Of a stretch of 64,000 nucleotides of DNA, positions 16,210-25,693 are shown one piece after another. The stretch lies in assembly GCA_944376205.1 (NCBI GenBank), contig CALWBV010000003.1, positions 24,059-88,058 of the forward strand, written 5' to 3'. Each line of letters opens with the position of its first letter. Within the stretch, counting starts at the first letter, position 1. The position numbers and the translations under genes were made by a program. This DNA comes from an uncultured Christensenellaceae bacterium. Its GTDB lineage: Bacteria > Bacillota > Clostridia > Christensenellales > UBA3700. Below the pieces are notes generated by a model. That model worked only from the letters and a program-made list of their open reading frames with translations. It did not search any database and was not told the origin of the DNA.

Positions 16210-17352
16210 ATGCAAAACATAGTCGTACTTTACGGCGGAACGTCGTGCGAAAGAGATATCTCTGTGATAACGGGAGTGCAAGCGGCAGCGGCGGCGGATA
16301 AAACGCAATTCAGGGTTTATCCCGTTTTCTGGGCGGTCGATAACAAATTTTATATTCCCGATAAATATTCGGATCTCGAGGGGTATGCAAAGACTCCGTA
16401 TGAGGACGGCAGAGAGGTCGTATTTGCGAAAAAATCTTTGTGTTATATCAAGAAAAATAAGCTCAAGCCGCTTTGCGACATTGATTGCGTACTTGTATGT
16501 ACTCACGGAGGCAGAGGAGAAAACGGAGCGCTGCAAGGATATTTCGACACGTTGGGGATAGTGTATACGTCGCCCGAAGGACTTGCCTGCGCAGTAGGTA
16601 TGGATAAGGAGATCGCAAAGATATATTGCAAAAAACTCGGTTTGCCCATTCTGCCGTATGCGACGATAAGCGACAAAGAGGAGTGGGAGAGCATAAAAAA
16701 GCGGACGACAAAGTTATCTTATCCGCTCATAGTAAAGCCTGCTTCTCAAGGCTCGTCCATAGGTATCAACGTATGCAGAGACGACGAAGGACTCAAAGAA
16801 GCGCTCGAAGTTGCGTTTGAATACGATTGCAAAGCGGTAGTAGAAAAAGCGCTCGAAAACTTCAGAGAGATCAATTGCGCTTGTATGATATATGATAAAG
16901 AGGTGCTTGCTTCTTCGTTGGAAGAACCTGTTGTGTGGAGAGAATTTTTAAGTTTCGACGATAAGTATATGTCTGGTAAAAAGGGCGGCAAAAACCGAAA
17001 GGCTCGCAATTTTCCTGCCGATCTTGACGAAAAGACTACTCAAAAGATACAGGATATGACGGTAAAACTCTATGCTGTGCTCGATCTCAAGGGAATAGTG
17101 CGCTGCGATTATCTTATAGATAAAAAAGACGGGGCAGTGTATTTCAACGAGATCAATACCGTGCCCGGATCGCTTGCAGGTTATCTATATGAGGACAAGG
17201 GGATTGCTCTCAAAGACATAATTACCGCCGTTATACGGGGCGCAATCGCTAAAAAGAGCGGAATAAAAGAAAAAGGTTATTCGTCGGGAGTGCTGCAATA
17301 TTACGCCAAAGGTGGCTCAAACGCTTGCAAAGCGCCGATAAAAAAGGTATAA
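16210..17352 (+). CDS. ddl: D-alanine--D-alanine ligase
   Basis: ATP-grasp protein: VLYGGTSCERDISVITG, SYPLIVKPASQGSSIGI, FNEINTVPGS. GGAGGAG RBS. Confidence 0.9.
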   Translation: MQNIVVLYGGTSCERDISVITGVQAAAAADKTQFRVYPVFWAVDNKFYIPDKYSDLEGYAKTPYEDGREVVFAKKSLCYIKKNKLKPLCDIDCVLVCTHGGRGENGALQGYFDTLGIVYTSPEGLACAVGMDKEIAKIYCKKLGLPILPYATISDKEEWESIKKRTTKLSYPLIVKPASQGSSIGINVCRDDEGLKEALEVAFEYDCKAVVEKALENFREINCACMIYDKEVLASSLEEPVVWREFLSFDDKYMSGKKGGKNRKARNFPADLDEKTTQKIQDMTVKLYAVLDLKGIVRCDYLIDKKDGAVYFNEINTVPGSLAGYLYEDKGIALKDIITAVIRGAIAKKSGIKEKGYSSGVLQYYAKGGSNACKAPIKKV

Positions 17353-17418
17353 TCTAAAAAGTAAAATCCCCGTCCGATAAAGTGTCGGACGAGGGAAATA
17401 CGCTTTTTGGAGAATTGT

Positions 17419-18621
17419 ATGGAAAAGATAAAGATGACTACGCCGATAGTCGAGTTGGACGGCGACGAAATGACGAGATTGATATGGGCATGGATAAAGG
17501 ATATTCTCATCAACCCTTTCGTGGAACTCAAGAGCGAATATTATGACCTCGGACTCGTCAAGAGAGAGGAAACCAAAGACGCTGTTACCGTCGAAGCTGC
17601 CAACGCTATCAAAAAATACGGTGTAGGAGTCAAGTGTGCTACCATTACTCCCAATGCGCAGAGAGTAAAGGAATACAATCTTTCCCAAATGTGGAAAAGC
17701 CCCAACGGTACCGTAAGAGCGGTGCTCGACGGTACGGTATTCAGAGCTCCTATAATGGTCAAGGGTATCACGCCTTATATCCCCACATGGACAAGTCCTA
17801 TCACTATAGCAAGACATGCTTACGGCGATATATATAAGGATGTCGAAGGCTATGTAAAGCAGGGCGGCAAGGCAAAACTCGTACTCGAAGACAGCGACGG
17901 CACCAGAGAAATCGAAGTTTTCGATTTTGCAAAGACGGCAGGTATCGTCATGGGCATGCACAATACCGATAAGAGTATTTCCTCTTTTGCAAGAAGCTGT
18001 TTCAACTATGCACTCGATACGCATCAACCTCTTTGGTTTGCGGCAAAAGACACTATATCCAAGACTTACGATCACAGATTCAAGGATATTTTCAACGAAA
18101 TATACGAAAAAGAATACAAGGATAAGTTCGAAAAAGCGGGAATCGAATATTTCTATACGCTCATCGACGATGCTGTTGCGAGAGTTATACGTTCAAACGG
18201 CGGAATGATATGGGCATGCAAGAATTACGACGGTGACGTTATGAGCGACATGGTTGCTACGGCATTCGGTTCGCTTGCAATGATGACGTCGGTACTCGTA
18301 TCTCCCGACGGTAACTATGAATTCGAAGCCGCTCACGGCACGGTCACGAGACACTATTACAAGTATTTGAAGGGAGAGCAGACTTCCACAAATCCCGTGG
18401 CTACTATATTTGCATGGAGCGGTGCGCTTAAGAAAAGAGGACAACTCGACAATCTCAAGGACCTCGAAGCTTTCGGAGCTAAACTCGAAAAAGCTACTAT
18501 CGATACTATCGAAGAAGGATATATGACGGGCGATCTTGCGGCTATATACAAGGGCGATAAAAAGGTCGTAAAACTCAATACCGAAGATTTTCTTAAAGAA
18601 ATTGCAAAAAGACTTGCTTAA
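17419..18621 (+). CDS. icd: NADP-dependent isocitrate dehydrogenase (about 400 aa, eukaryote-like subfamily II)
   Basis: [20 protein letters not shown] and [10 protein letters not shown] motifs. Start set at ATG 17419 (GGAG RBS) rather than TTG 17407. Confidence 0.9.
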   Translation: MEKIKMTTPIVELDGDEMTRLIWAWIKDILINPFVELKSEYYDLGLVKREETKDAVTVEAANAIKKYGVGVKCATITPNAQRVKEYNLSQMWKSPNGTVRAVLDGTVFRAPIMVKGITPYIPTWTSPITIARHAYGDIYKDVEGYVKQGGKAKLVLEDSDGTREIEVFDFAKTAGIVMGMHNTDKSISSFARSCFNYALDTHQPLWFAAKDTISKTYDHRFKDIFNEIYEKEYKDKFEKAGIEYFYTLIDDAVARVIRSNGGMIWACKNYDGDVMSDMVATAFGSLAMMTSVLVSPDGNYEFEAAHGTVTRHYYKYLKGEQTSTNPVATIFAWSGALKKRGQLDNLKDLEAFGAKLEKATIDTIEEGYMTGDLAAIYKGDKKVVKLNTEDFLKEIAKRLA

Positions 18622-18664
18622 TAGAATATAGAATATAAAATAATCACATAAGCAATGAATTACG

Positions 18665-18693
18665 GCGGAGCGCAGAGCGCTCCGTATTTTTTT
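18665..18693 (+). terminator. intrinsic terminator of icd
   Basis: cggagcgc-aga-gcgctccg followed by T7. Confidence 0.85.
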
Positions 18694-19131
18694 GGTATCA
18701 GAAAACCGCTAGAGTGACAAGTGGATGTTTATTGAATTTTCTGACTGTGACGGATTGACTGATATAGGTGATAGAAAAGCGATAAGTCAAATCGTCACGA
18801 AGACAACAGAGGACACTCTGTGTATTTTTCTTTGTATGTTATAAGGTTTACTATAAAATAAAATATTTACGATTAAAATTTCGATATCAGATTATCACGA
18901 GCAAACCGAAAGGGGAATTTTTATGGAAAATTTGCAACTGTTTTTTTACAAAAAACAAATATTGTGCATAAAAAAGCGATTTAATCTGTTTGAGAGGGTT
19001 GTTTTGTATTCCCGAATGTCTTAAAAATTTATCAAAAATCACCGCTCTTTTGCAATAAATCTCTCAATATGACGAAGAGTATGGAAAAAATAAAATAATC
19101 TTGTTTGAGAAAATTTGAAAATCAAACCGTT

Positions 19132-19290
19132 TTATCCATAAAGCTGAACATGTTCAAAATAAATTTAACCTTAAAATTTGCGACATGTGTAACTTTAAAA
19201 AGTGTGGATAATCCAACACTCATGTGGATAACTTTGTGGATAACCCCACTTTTTCCCGTAAAAACACGTATTTTCCCGTATTGTGGATAA
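19132..19290. promoter_or_regulatory. DnaA-box cluster: four perfect and one near-perfect box
   Basis: tgtggataa (the complement of TTATCCACA) at 19203-19211, 19223-19231, 19235-19243 and 19282-19290, all in the same orientation. ttatccata at 19132-19140 in the opposite orientation. An exact 10-mer direct repeat ttttcccgta at 19251-19260 and 19271-19280. Confidence 0.8.
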
Positions 19291-19450
19291 AAAAAATACA
19301 CAAAACCCGTTATGTCTATATAGTGCTGTAAAAGTCCCGAAAAATGCAAAGTTTTATGTCTGAAAAATCCTTGCTTTTATATATTTTATTGTGCTAATAT
19401 ATTAGTGTAATTTTTTTAGAAGATTTTCTAATTTTAAGGAGAGTTTTATT

Positions 19451-19942
19451 ATGCCTAAAGTTGCAGTTATCATGGGCAGCGTAAGCGACCTCGACGTGGT
19501 AAGACCCGCTATCGACATTCTCAAAAAGTTCGGAGTAGAAGTCGAAGCCAGAGTCATCTCCGCTCACCGTACCCCCGACGACGCGCATCAGTTTGCCGTC
19601 AATGCACTCAAAAACAACATCGAAGTTATCATTTGCGCCGCAGGAAAGGCGGCACACCTCGGCGGAGTAATCGCCGCATATACGCCGCTTCCCGTAATCG
19701 GTCTGCCCGTAAAGAGCTCGACCATGGACGGACTTGACAGCTTGCTTTCTATGGTTCAGATGCCCTCGGGTATTCCCGTAGCATGCGTGGCTATCAACGG
19801 CTCTCAAAACGCAGGACTTCTCGCAGTGCAGATGCTGTCTTTGAAGTACCCCCAACTTATTGAAAAAATGCATGACTACAAGAGAAGCCTTGCAGAAAAA
19901 ATTAAAAGCGATGACGAAAAATTACAAAAGGAGTTAAATTGA
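19451..19942 (+). CDS. purE: N5-carboxyaminoimidazole ribonucleotide mutase
   Basis: VAVIMGSVSDL, ISAHRTPD and AGKAAHLGGVIAA motifs; first gene of the pur operon. Confidence 0.95.
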   Translation: MPKVAVIMGSVSDLDVVRPAIDILKKFGVEVEARVISAHRTPDDAHQFAVNALKNNIEVIICAAGKAAHLGGVIAAYTPLPVIGLPVKSSTMDGLDSLLSMVQMPSGIPVACVAINGSQNAGLLAVQMLSLKYPQLIEKMHDYKRSLAEKIKSDDEKLQKELN

Positions 19943-19945
19943 CTT

Positions 19946-20656
19946 ATGGAAAGAACCGTTCAACTTTACGAAGGTAAAGCTAAAAAAGTTTACGCAACAA
20001 CCGATCCCGATATCGTACTTGTATCTTACAAAGACGACGCAACCGCATTCAACGGTCTCAAAAAGGGTACTATCCTCGGAAAGGGCGTGGTAAACAACGT
20101 ATGCAGCAATCACTTGTTCAGACTTTTGGAGAAAAAGGGCGTACCTACTCACTACGTAGAGGAAATCAACGAGAGAGAAACTTACGTCAAGAAAGTCGAG
20201 ATTGTACCTTTGGAGGTAATTATCCGCAACAGAGCGGCAGGTTCTTTCTCGAAGAGATACGGCGTACCCGAGGGTACCGAACTCGCTACGACTATTATCG
20301 AGTTCAGCTATAAAAACGACGATCTCGGCGACCCCCTTATCAACGACTATCATGCACTCGCATTGAGACTTGCTACCCAAGAAGAAATCGACAAAATCAA
20401 GGAACTTGCTTTTAAGGTCAATGACGTACTCAAAGAATACTTTATGGAAATCGGCGTAGAACTTATCGACTTCAAGCTCGAATTCGGCAGATACAAAGGT
20501 CAAATCATCCTTGCCGACGAAATCTCTCCCGATACTTGCCGTTTCTGGGATGCAAAGACAGGTGAGAAACTCGATAAGGACAGATTCAGAAGAGATATGG
20601 ACGACGTAGACAAGGGCTACAGAGAGATGATGAAGAGAATGGGTCTTTCCAAGTAA
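19946..20656 (+). CDS. purC: SAICAR synthetase
   Basis: [10 protein letters not shown] start, 236 aa, [14 protein letters not shown] motif. Confidence 0.95.
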   Translation: MERTVQLYEGKAKKVYATTDPDIVLVSYKDDATAFNGLKKGTILGKGVVNNVCSNHLFRLLEKKGVPTHYVEEINERETYVKKVEIVPLEVIIRNRAAGSFSKRYGVPEGTELATTIIEFSYKNDDLGDPLINDYHALALRLATQEEIDKIKELAFKVNDVLKEYFMEIGVELIDFKLEFGRYKGQIILADEISPDTCRFWDAKTGEKLDKDRFRRDMDDVDKGYREMMKRMGLSK

Positions 20657-20726
20657 TTATCAAACTATCGCAAATTACTAATTTACTAACGGACAAGCTA
20701 GTTCAATTTTAGGAGAATATATCAAT

Positions 20727-21746
20727 ATGGCAATAGATTACAAGTCCGCAGGCGTTGACGTCGAAGCGGGTTACAAAGCAGTCAAGCTGATGAAAGAATA
20801 TGTCAAGAAGACGTACAACGACAGCGTGCTGGGAGATCTCGGCAGTTTTGGCGGATTTTACGCTCTCGGTGACAAGGAAGACAGCGATTGTCTCGTTGCA
20901 GGTACCGACGGCGTGGGTACCAAACTCAAGTATGCATTCGTACTCGACAAGCACGATACGATAGGTATAGACGCAGTTGCTATGTGCGTCAACGATATCG
21001 TATGTCAGGGCGCAAAGCCTTTGCTTTTCCTCGACTACATCGCACAGTCAAAACTCATACCCGAGAGAGTAGCGGATATCGTCAAGGGCGTCAGCGAAGG
21101 TTGCTGTCAGTCCGGCTGCGCACTCATCGGCGGCGAAACGGCTGAAATGCCCGGATTTTATGCAGAAGACGAATACGATATCGCAGGTTTTGCGGTAGGT
21201 ATCGTCAAGAAAAATAAGATAATCAACGGTAAAAATATCAAAGTCGGAGACAGTCTTATCGGTATCGCTTCGAGCGGTATTCACAGCAACGGCTATTCTC
21301 TCGTGAGAAAGTTGTTCGGCGAAGACAAGGTAAGTCTCATGAAGTACAATGAGACGTTGGGTTGCACTCCCGCAGAACTCGTTCTTACTCCTACCAAGAT
21401 ATACGTCAAGACTATTCTTGCGCTCATCGAGAAATACGAAATAAAGGGTATAGCTCACATTACCGGCGGCGGATTTATCGAAAACATTCCCAGAATCATT
21501 CCCAAGGGAATGGGTATCAGAATTGACCGTACGAGTTATCCTTTGCCCAAGATATTCAAGGCATTGCAGGAGATTGCCGGCATCGACGACAGAAAGATGT
21601 GCAATACGTTCAATATGGGTATCGGTATGGTACTTGCCGTCGATCCTTCTATCAAAGACGAAGTCGTAGCCGAACTCAAGAAACTCGGCGAACAAGCTTA
21701 CGTCATCGGTGAAGTTACCGACAAGGACGGAGAAGTCGAACTGTAA
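20727..21746 (+). CDS. purM: AIR synthetase (phosphoribosylformylglycinamidine cyclo-ligase)
   Basis: [24 protein letters not shown] and GGETAEMPG motifs. Confidence 0.95.
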   Translation: MAIDYKSAGVDVEAGYKAVKLMKEYVKKTYNDSVLGDLGSFGGFYALGDKEDSDCLVAGTDGVGTKLKYAFVLDKHDTIGIDAVAMCVNDIVCQGAKPLLFLDYIAQSKLIPERVADIVKGVSEGCCQSGCALIGGETAEMPGFYAEDEYDIAGFAVGIVKKNKIINGKNIKVGDSLIGIASSGIHSNGYSLVRKLFGEDKVSLMKYNETLGCTPAELVLTPTKIYVKTILALIEKYEIKGIAHITGGGFIENIPRIIPKGMGIRIDRTSYPLPKIFKALQEIAGIDDRKMCNTFNMGIGMVLAVDPSIKDEVVAELKKLGEQAYVIGEVTDKDGEVEL

Positions 21747-21826
21747 CGTCAAAGCTCCAAGGGAGCAAATCGAAGACATAACTATTTTATAGCTATGTCT
21801 TTCGGCATTTTATCGGGAAAAGAAAA

Positions 21827-22525
21827 ATGAAGAATATAGCGATATTCGCTTCGGGCGGCGGCAGCGACATGCAGTCTGTAATTGACGCCGTAGAAGCAAA
21901 AAAAATCAAAGCGAGAATTGTTGCGGCGGTTGCCAACAAAGAGGGAATCCATGCCCTCGAGAGAGCGAAAAAGCACGGTATCGAAGCGAGAGTTTTCACG
22001 CTCGGCGAATACGGCGACAATGAAAAACGGGACAAGGCTATACTTGAATTTCTCAAAGAGAAAAAGGTTGATTTCATAGTATTGGCAGGATATCTTGCAA
22101 TAGTTACGCCCGTACTCGTGGACGCATATAAAGACAGAATTATCAATATACATCCTTCGCTGATTCCCAACCATTGCGGCAAGGGCATGTACGGACTCAA
22201 CGTACACAAATCCGTACTCGAAGCAAAAGACAAGATAAGCGGTTGTACGGTGCATCGTGTCGATTACGGCGCAGATACGGGCAAGATACTTGCACAAAGA
22301 CGAGTCCCCGTATGCGAAGGCGATACTCCCGAGAGTCTTCAGGCAAGAATACTCAATGTCGAGCACAGGCTTTTGCCCGAGGTAGTAGCGCTTGAGGTAA
22401 ACGGCAACAAACGTACAAACCGCAAAAAGAACAGAGCCTACCGCCTTATCAACGGCGATTGGTCTCAAGAGAATCTCAAAAGACCTTCGAGAAAATTGTC
22501 GGACATAAAGGGCATAAAGTCCTGA
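21827..22525 (+). CDS. purN: GAR formyltransferase with a basic C-terminal extension of about 35 aa
   Basis: IAIFASGGGSD, LAGYL, NIHPSLIP and GCTVH motifs. The extra tail NGNKRTNRKKNRAYRLINGDWSQENLKRPSRKLSDIKGIKS is not part of the usual PurN. Confidence 0.9.
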   Translation: MKNIAIFASGGGSDMQSVIDAVEAKKIKARIVAAVANKEGIHALERAKKHGIEARVFTLGEYGDNEKRDKAILEFLKEKKVDFIVLAGYLAIVTPVLVDAYKDRIINIHPSLIPNHCGKGMYGLNVHKSVLEAKDKISGCTVHRVDYGADTGKILAQRRVPVCEGDTPESLQARILNVEHRLLPEVVALEVNGNKRTNRKKNRAYRLINGDWSQENLKRPSRKLSDIKGIKS

Positions 22526-22647
22526 AATAAGATCGAACCGTTAGAGGTTAAAGTCCTTTTAACGACAAGATACGATACGACTCAAATTCAACAATAAAAT
22601 AAAACACTGATTATTAAACAAGCTAACATATACAGGAGAGGATAAAA

Positions 22648-24186
22648 ATGGCAAAAAAAGCACTTATCAGCGTATCCGATAAAACGGGTATAGTAGATTT
22701 TGCAAAGAGACTCACTTCGTTCGGTTATGAAATAATATCCACGGGCGGCACCCTCAAGGTATTGAACGAGGCGGGTATTAAGGCGGTTGACATATCTTCC
22801 GTCACGGGATTTCCCGAGTGTCTCGACGGCAGAGTAAAGACTTTGCACCCCAAGGTACACGCAGGTCTTCTTGCAATGAGAGACAACAAGGAACATATGG
22901 ACTTCCTCAAGAAGATGGACATTGACCCTATCGACATTGTCGTAGTCAACCTCTATCCTTTCAAGGAAACCGTCAAAAAACCCGGTATAGATTTGCAGAC
23001 GGCGATCGAAAACATTGATATCGGCGGACCTACGATGCTCAGAAGTGCGGCAAAGAACTATCAGGACGTAGCTGTTATGGTAGACCCTCAAGACTATGCC
23101 AAGGTACTTGACGAACTTGCCGACGGCGGTATCACCAAAGAGACAAAATTCTATCTCATGTACAAGGTATATCAGCATACTTCCTATTACGATACTTTGA
23201 TTGCCAACTATCTGCGTCAGAAACTCGGTATCGAATTCCCCGAGAAATTCACCATGGCATTCGACAAGGCGCAGGATATGAGATACGGTGAGAATCCTCA
23301 TCAGAAAGCCGTATTCTATAAGGAAGCGTTTGACGTAAAAGGTTCGCTTGCAACGGCAATCCAACTTCACGGCAAAGAACTTTCTTACAACAACATCAAC
23401 GATACAAACGGTGCGCTCGATCTTTTGAGAGAATTCAGCGAACCCACGATAGTAGCAGTAAAACACGCTAACCCTTGCGGTGTTGCTACGGCAAAGACGA
23501 TAAGCGAAGCATTCTTCAAGGCGAATGCGGCAGACCCCACTTCTATCTTCGGCGGAATAATCGCTTCCAACCGTACGATAGACAAAGATACGGCAGAGCA
23601 GATAAGCAAGATTTTCATCGAGATAGTTGTTGCTCCCGACTTTACGGAGGGAGCGCTTGCGATACTCGAGCAAAAGGCTAATATCCGTCTTTTGAAGCTT
23701 CCCGAAATCGCACAGCCTATTCCCGACAACTGTTACGATATGAAGAAAGTTCTCGGCGGTCTTTTGGTGCAGGAATACGACAAAATGGTAGTTGACGAGA
23801 GCAAGTGCAAAGTCGTTACGAAGGCTCAACCCACAAAAGAGCAGTTTGAAGATATGGTTTTCGCCATGAAGGTCGTCAAGCATACCAAGTCCAACGCCAT
23901 TGTTGTGGCAAAGGATAAGACTATTCTCGGCATAGGATGCGGACAGGTCAACAGAATAAGAGCTACGCAGCAGGCAATCGCTCATTCGCTCACCGATACA
24001 AAGGGAGCAGTACTCGCATCTGACGCATTCTTCCCCTTCGACGATTGCGTTGAAGCGGCTCACGAGGGCGGTATTGCCGCTATCATGCAACCGGGCGGAA
24101 GTATCAGAGATCAACTCTCTATCGACGCTTGCGATAAATACGGCATAGCAATGATTTTCAGCGGAGACAGACACTTCAAACACTGA
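22648..24186 (+). CDS. purH: bifunctional AICAR transformylase / IMP cyclohydrolase
   Basis: [32 protein letters not shown] and QPGGSIRD motifs. Confidence 0.95.
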   Translation: MAKKALISVSDKTGIVDFAKRLTSFGYEIISTGGTLKVLNEAGIKAVDISSVTGFPECLDGRVKTLHPKVHAGLLAMRDNKEHMDFLKKMDIDPIDIVVVNLYPFKETVKKPGIDLQTAIENIDIGGPTMLRSAAKNYQDVAVMVDPQDYAKVLDELADGGITKETKFYLMYKVYQHTSYYDTLIANYLRQKLGIEFPEKFTMAFDKAQDMRYGENPHQKAVFYKEAFDVKGSLATAIQLHGKELSYNNINDTNGALDLLREFSEPTIVAVKHANPCGVATAKTISEAFFKANAADPTSIFGGIIASNRTIDKDTAEQISKIFIEIVVAPDFTEGALAILEQKANIRLLKLPEIAQPIPDNCYDMKKVLGGLLVQEYDKMVVDESKCKVVTKAQPTKEQFEDMVFAMKVVKHTKSNAIVVAKDKTILGIGCGQVNRIRATQQAIAHSLTDTKGAVLASDAFFPFDDCVEAAHEGGIAAIMQPGGSIRDQLSIDACDKYGIAMIFSGDRHFKH

Positions 24187-24329
24187 TTTAAGGCGGATTT
24201 TGTGACGGAACGGAGTTATTTAGGCAAATAAATACTGTGTGCGCTAATGACTCGTTTTCCGTCAGACAGCCTTAAGAAACAATTCGGCAAATTATCATAC
24301 GGCGCATTGCGCCGCAAGAGGAGATATAT

Positions 24330-25589
24330 ATGAACAGCGTTCTCGTAATAGGCAGTGGCGGCAGAGAGCATACGATTTGTTGGGCACTGTCCAAGAGTAA
24401 AAAAATTGACAAGATATATTGTTTGCCCGGCAACGGCGGCATAAGCGAGATTGCAGAGTGCGTAAACATAGGCGTTATGGACTTTGACAAAATCGTAGAC
24501 TTTGTGGACAGCCACAAGGACATCACTCTCACGGTAGTTGCTCCCGACGACCCTTTGGCGGCAGGACTCGTTGACCGACTCGAAGCAAAGGGACACAGAG
24601 CTTTCGGACCGAGAGCCAATGCGGCTATAATAGAGGGAAGCAAGGCTTTTTCAAAATATCTTATGAAAAAGTACGGAATTCCCACAGCAAATTACGAGGA
24701 GTTCAACGATTACGATAAAGCCGTCGAATATCTTAAGACGGCAAAATATCCTCTCGTAGTCAAAGCCGACGGACTTGCATTGGGCAAGGGCGTAATAATC
24801 TGCAATACCAAAGAAGAGGGTTTGCAGGCGGCTAAAGACATGATGGTTGACGCAAAATTCAAAGATGCGGGCAAGACCGTTATCGTCGAAGAATTTATGG
24901 TAGGTCAGGAAGTTTCCATTCTTTCATTCTGCGACGGCAAGACTATCGTGCCTATGGTCAACGCAAGAGACCACAAGCGTGCTTATGACAACGATCAGGG
25001 ACTCAACACCGGCGGCATGGGAACATTCTCGCCTTCGGCGATTTATACCGACGAGGTTGCCGACGAAGTTCTTCACAAGATTATTCTGCCTACCGTTGAC
25101 GCTATGAACAAAGAGGGCAGAACGTTCAAGGGCGTTTTGTATTTCGGACTCATGCTTACCGACGAGGGTGCAAAGGTCGTAGAGTACAACGCACGTTTCG
25201 GCGATCCCGAAACGCAGGTAGTGCTTCCCAGACTCAAAACCGATCTTTACGACATTTTCAATGCGGTTGTAGACGGAACTCTCGATAAGATTAATATCGA
25301 ATGGAACGATTTGGCTTGCGTTTGCGTAGTTATGGCGAGCGGAGGTTATCCCGAGAGTTACAAAAAGGGAATGGAAATAACTATCGGAGACATAGACAAA
25401 GACGTGCTTATCTTCCATGCCGGCACAAAACTCGAAAACGGCAAGCTCTATACCAACGGCGGACGCGTACTCGGAGTTACGGCTATGGGCAAGAATATTC
25501 ACGAGGCCAGAGAAAAGGCATATAAAAACGTCAAGAAAATCAGTTTTGACGGTGCTTTCTACCGCACGGACATAGGCATCAAGAAATAA
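24330..25589 (+). CDS. purD: GAR synthetase
   Basis: VLVIGSGGREH, PGNGG, an ATP-grasp core and RFGDPETQ. Confidence 0.95.
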   Translation: MNSVLVIGSGGREHTICWALSKSKKIDKIYCLPGNGGISEIAECVNIGVMDFDKIVDFVDSHKDITLTVVAPDDPLAAGLVDRLEAKGHRAFGPRANAAIIEGSKAFSKYLMKKYGIPTANYEEFNDYDKAVEYLKTAKYPLVVKADGLALGKGVIICNTKEEGLQAAKDMMVDAKFKDAGKTVIVEEFMVGQEVSILSFCDGKTIVPMVNARDHKRAYDNDQGLNTGGMGTFSPSAIYTDEVADEVLHKIILPTVDAMNKEGRTFKGVLYFGLMLTDEGAKVVEYNARFGDPETQVVLPRLKTDLYDIFNAVVDGTLDKINIEWNDLACVCVVMASGGYPESYKKGMEITIGDIDKDVLIFHAGTKLENGKLYTNGGRVLGVTAMGKNIHEAREKAYKNVKKISFDGAFYRTDIGIKK

Positions 25590-25693
25590 TATCTTGCCGC
25601 AAACGAACCGTGTGCAACAATCGGATATACAACAAATATATACATCAACAAATACGGATAAATTAATAATAAATTTTATTTAAGGATAACATT

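Noticed and set aside
19132-19290. Interpreting the DnaA-box cluster as the chromosomal origin (oriC)
   Set aside because: Gene orientation does not switch at this point: genes are predominantly on the + strand on both sides. No dnaA or dnaN is adjacent. I could not identify a DnaA-trio/DUE arrangement. A non-origin DnaA-box cluster or regulatory site fits better. Only whole-genome GC skew can settle it.
19291-19450. Purine (guanine/adenine) riboswitch or T-box leader ahead of purE
   Set aside because: The leader between the putative promoter (about 19370-19400) and the ATG is only about 50 nt. It contains none of the conserved purine-aptamer core sequences. A PurBox match to the ttttcccgta repeats was also unconvincing.
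22588-24183. 531-aa ORF on the minus strand covering the whole of purH
   Set aside because: It is an antisense shadow of a gene with an unmistakable PurH product. The translation is low-complexity (C/F/L/R/V-rich) with no RBS and no recognisable motif. Such mirror ORFs arise when the sense strand rarely uses TTA, CTA or TCA codons.
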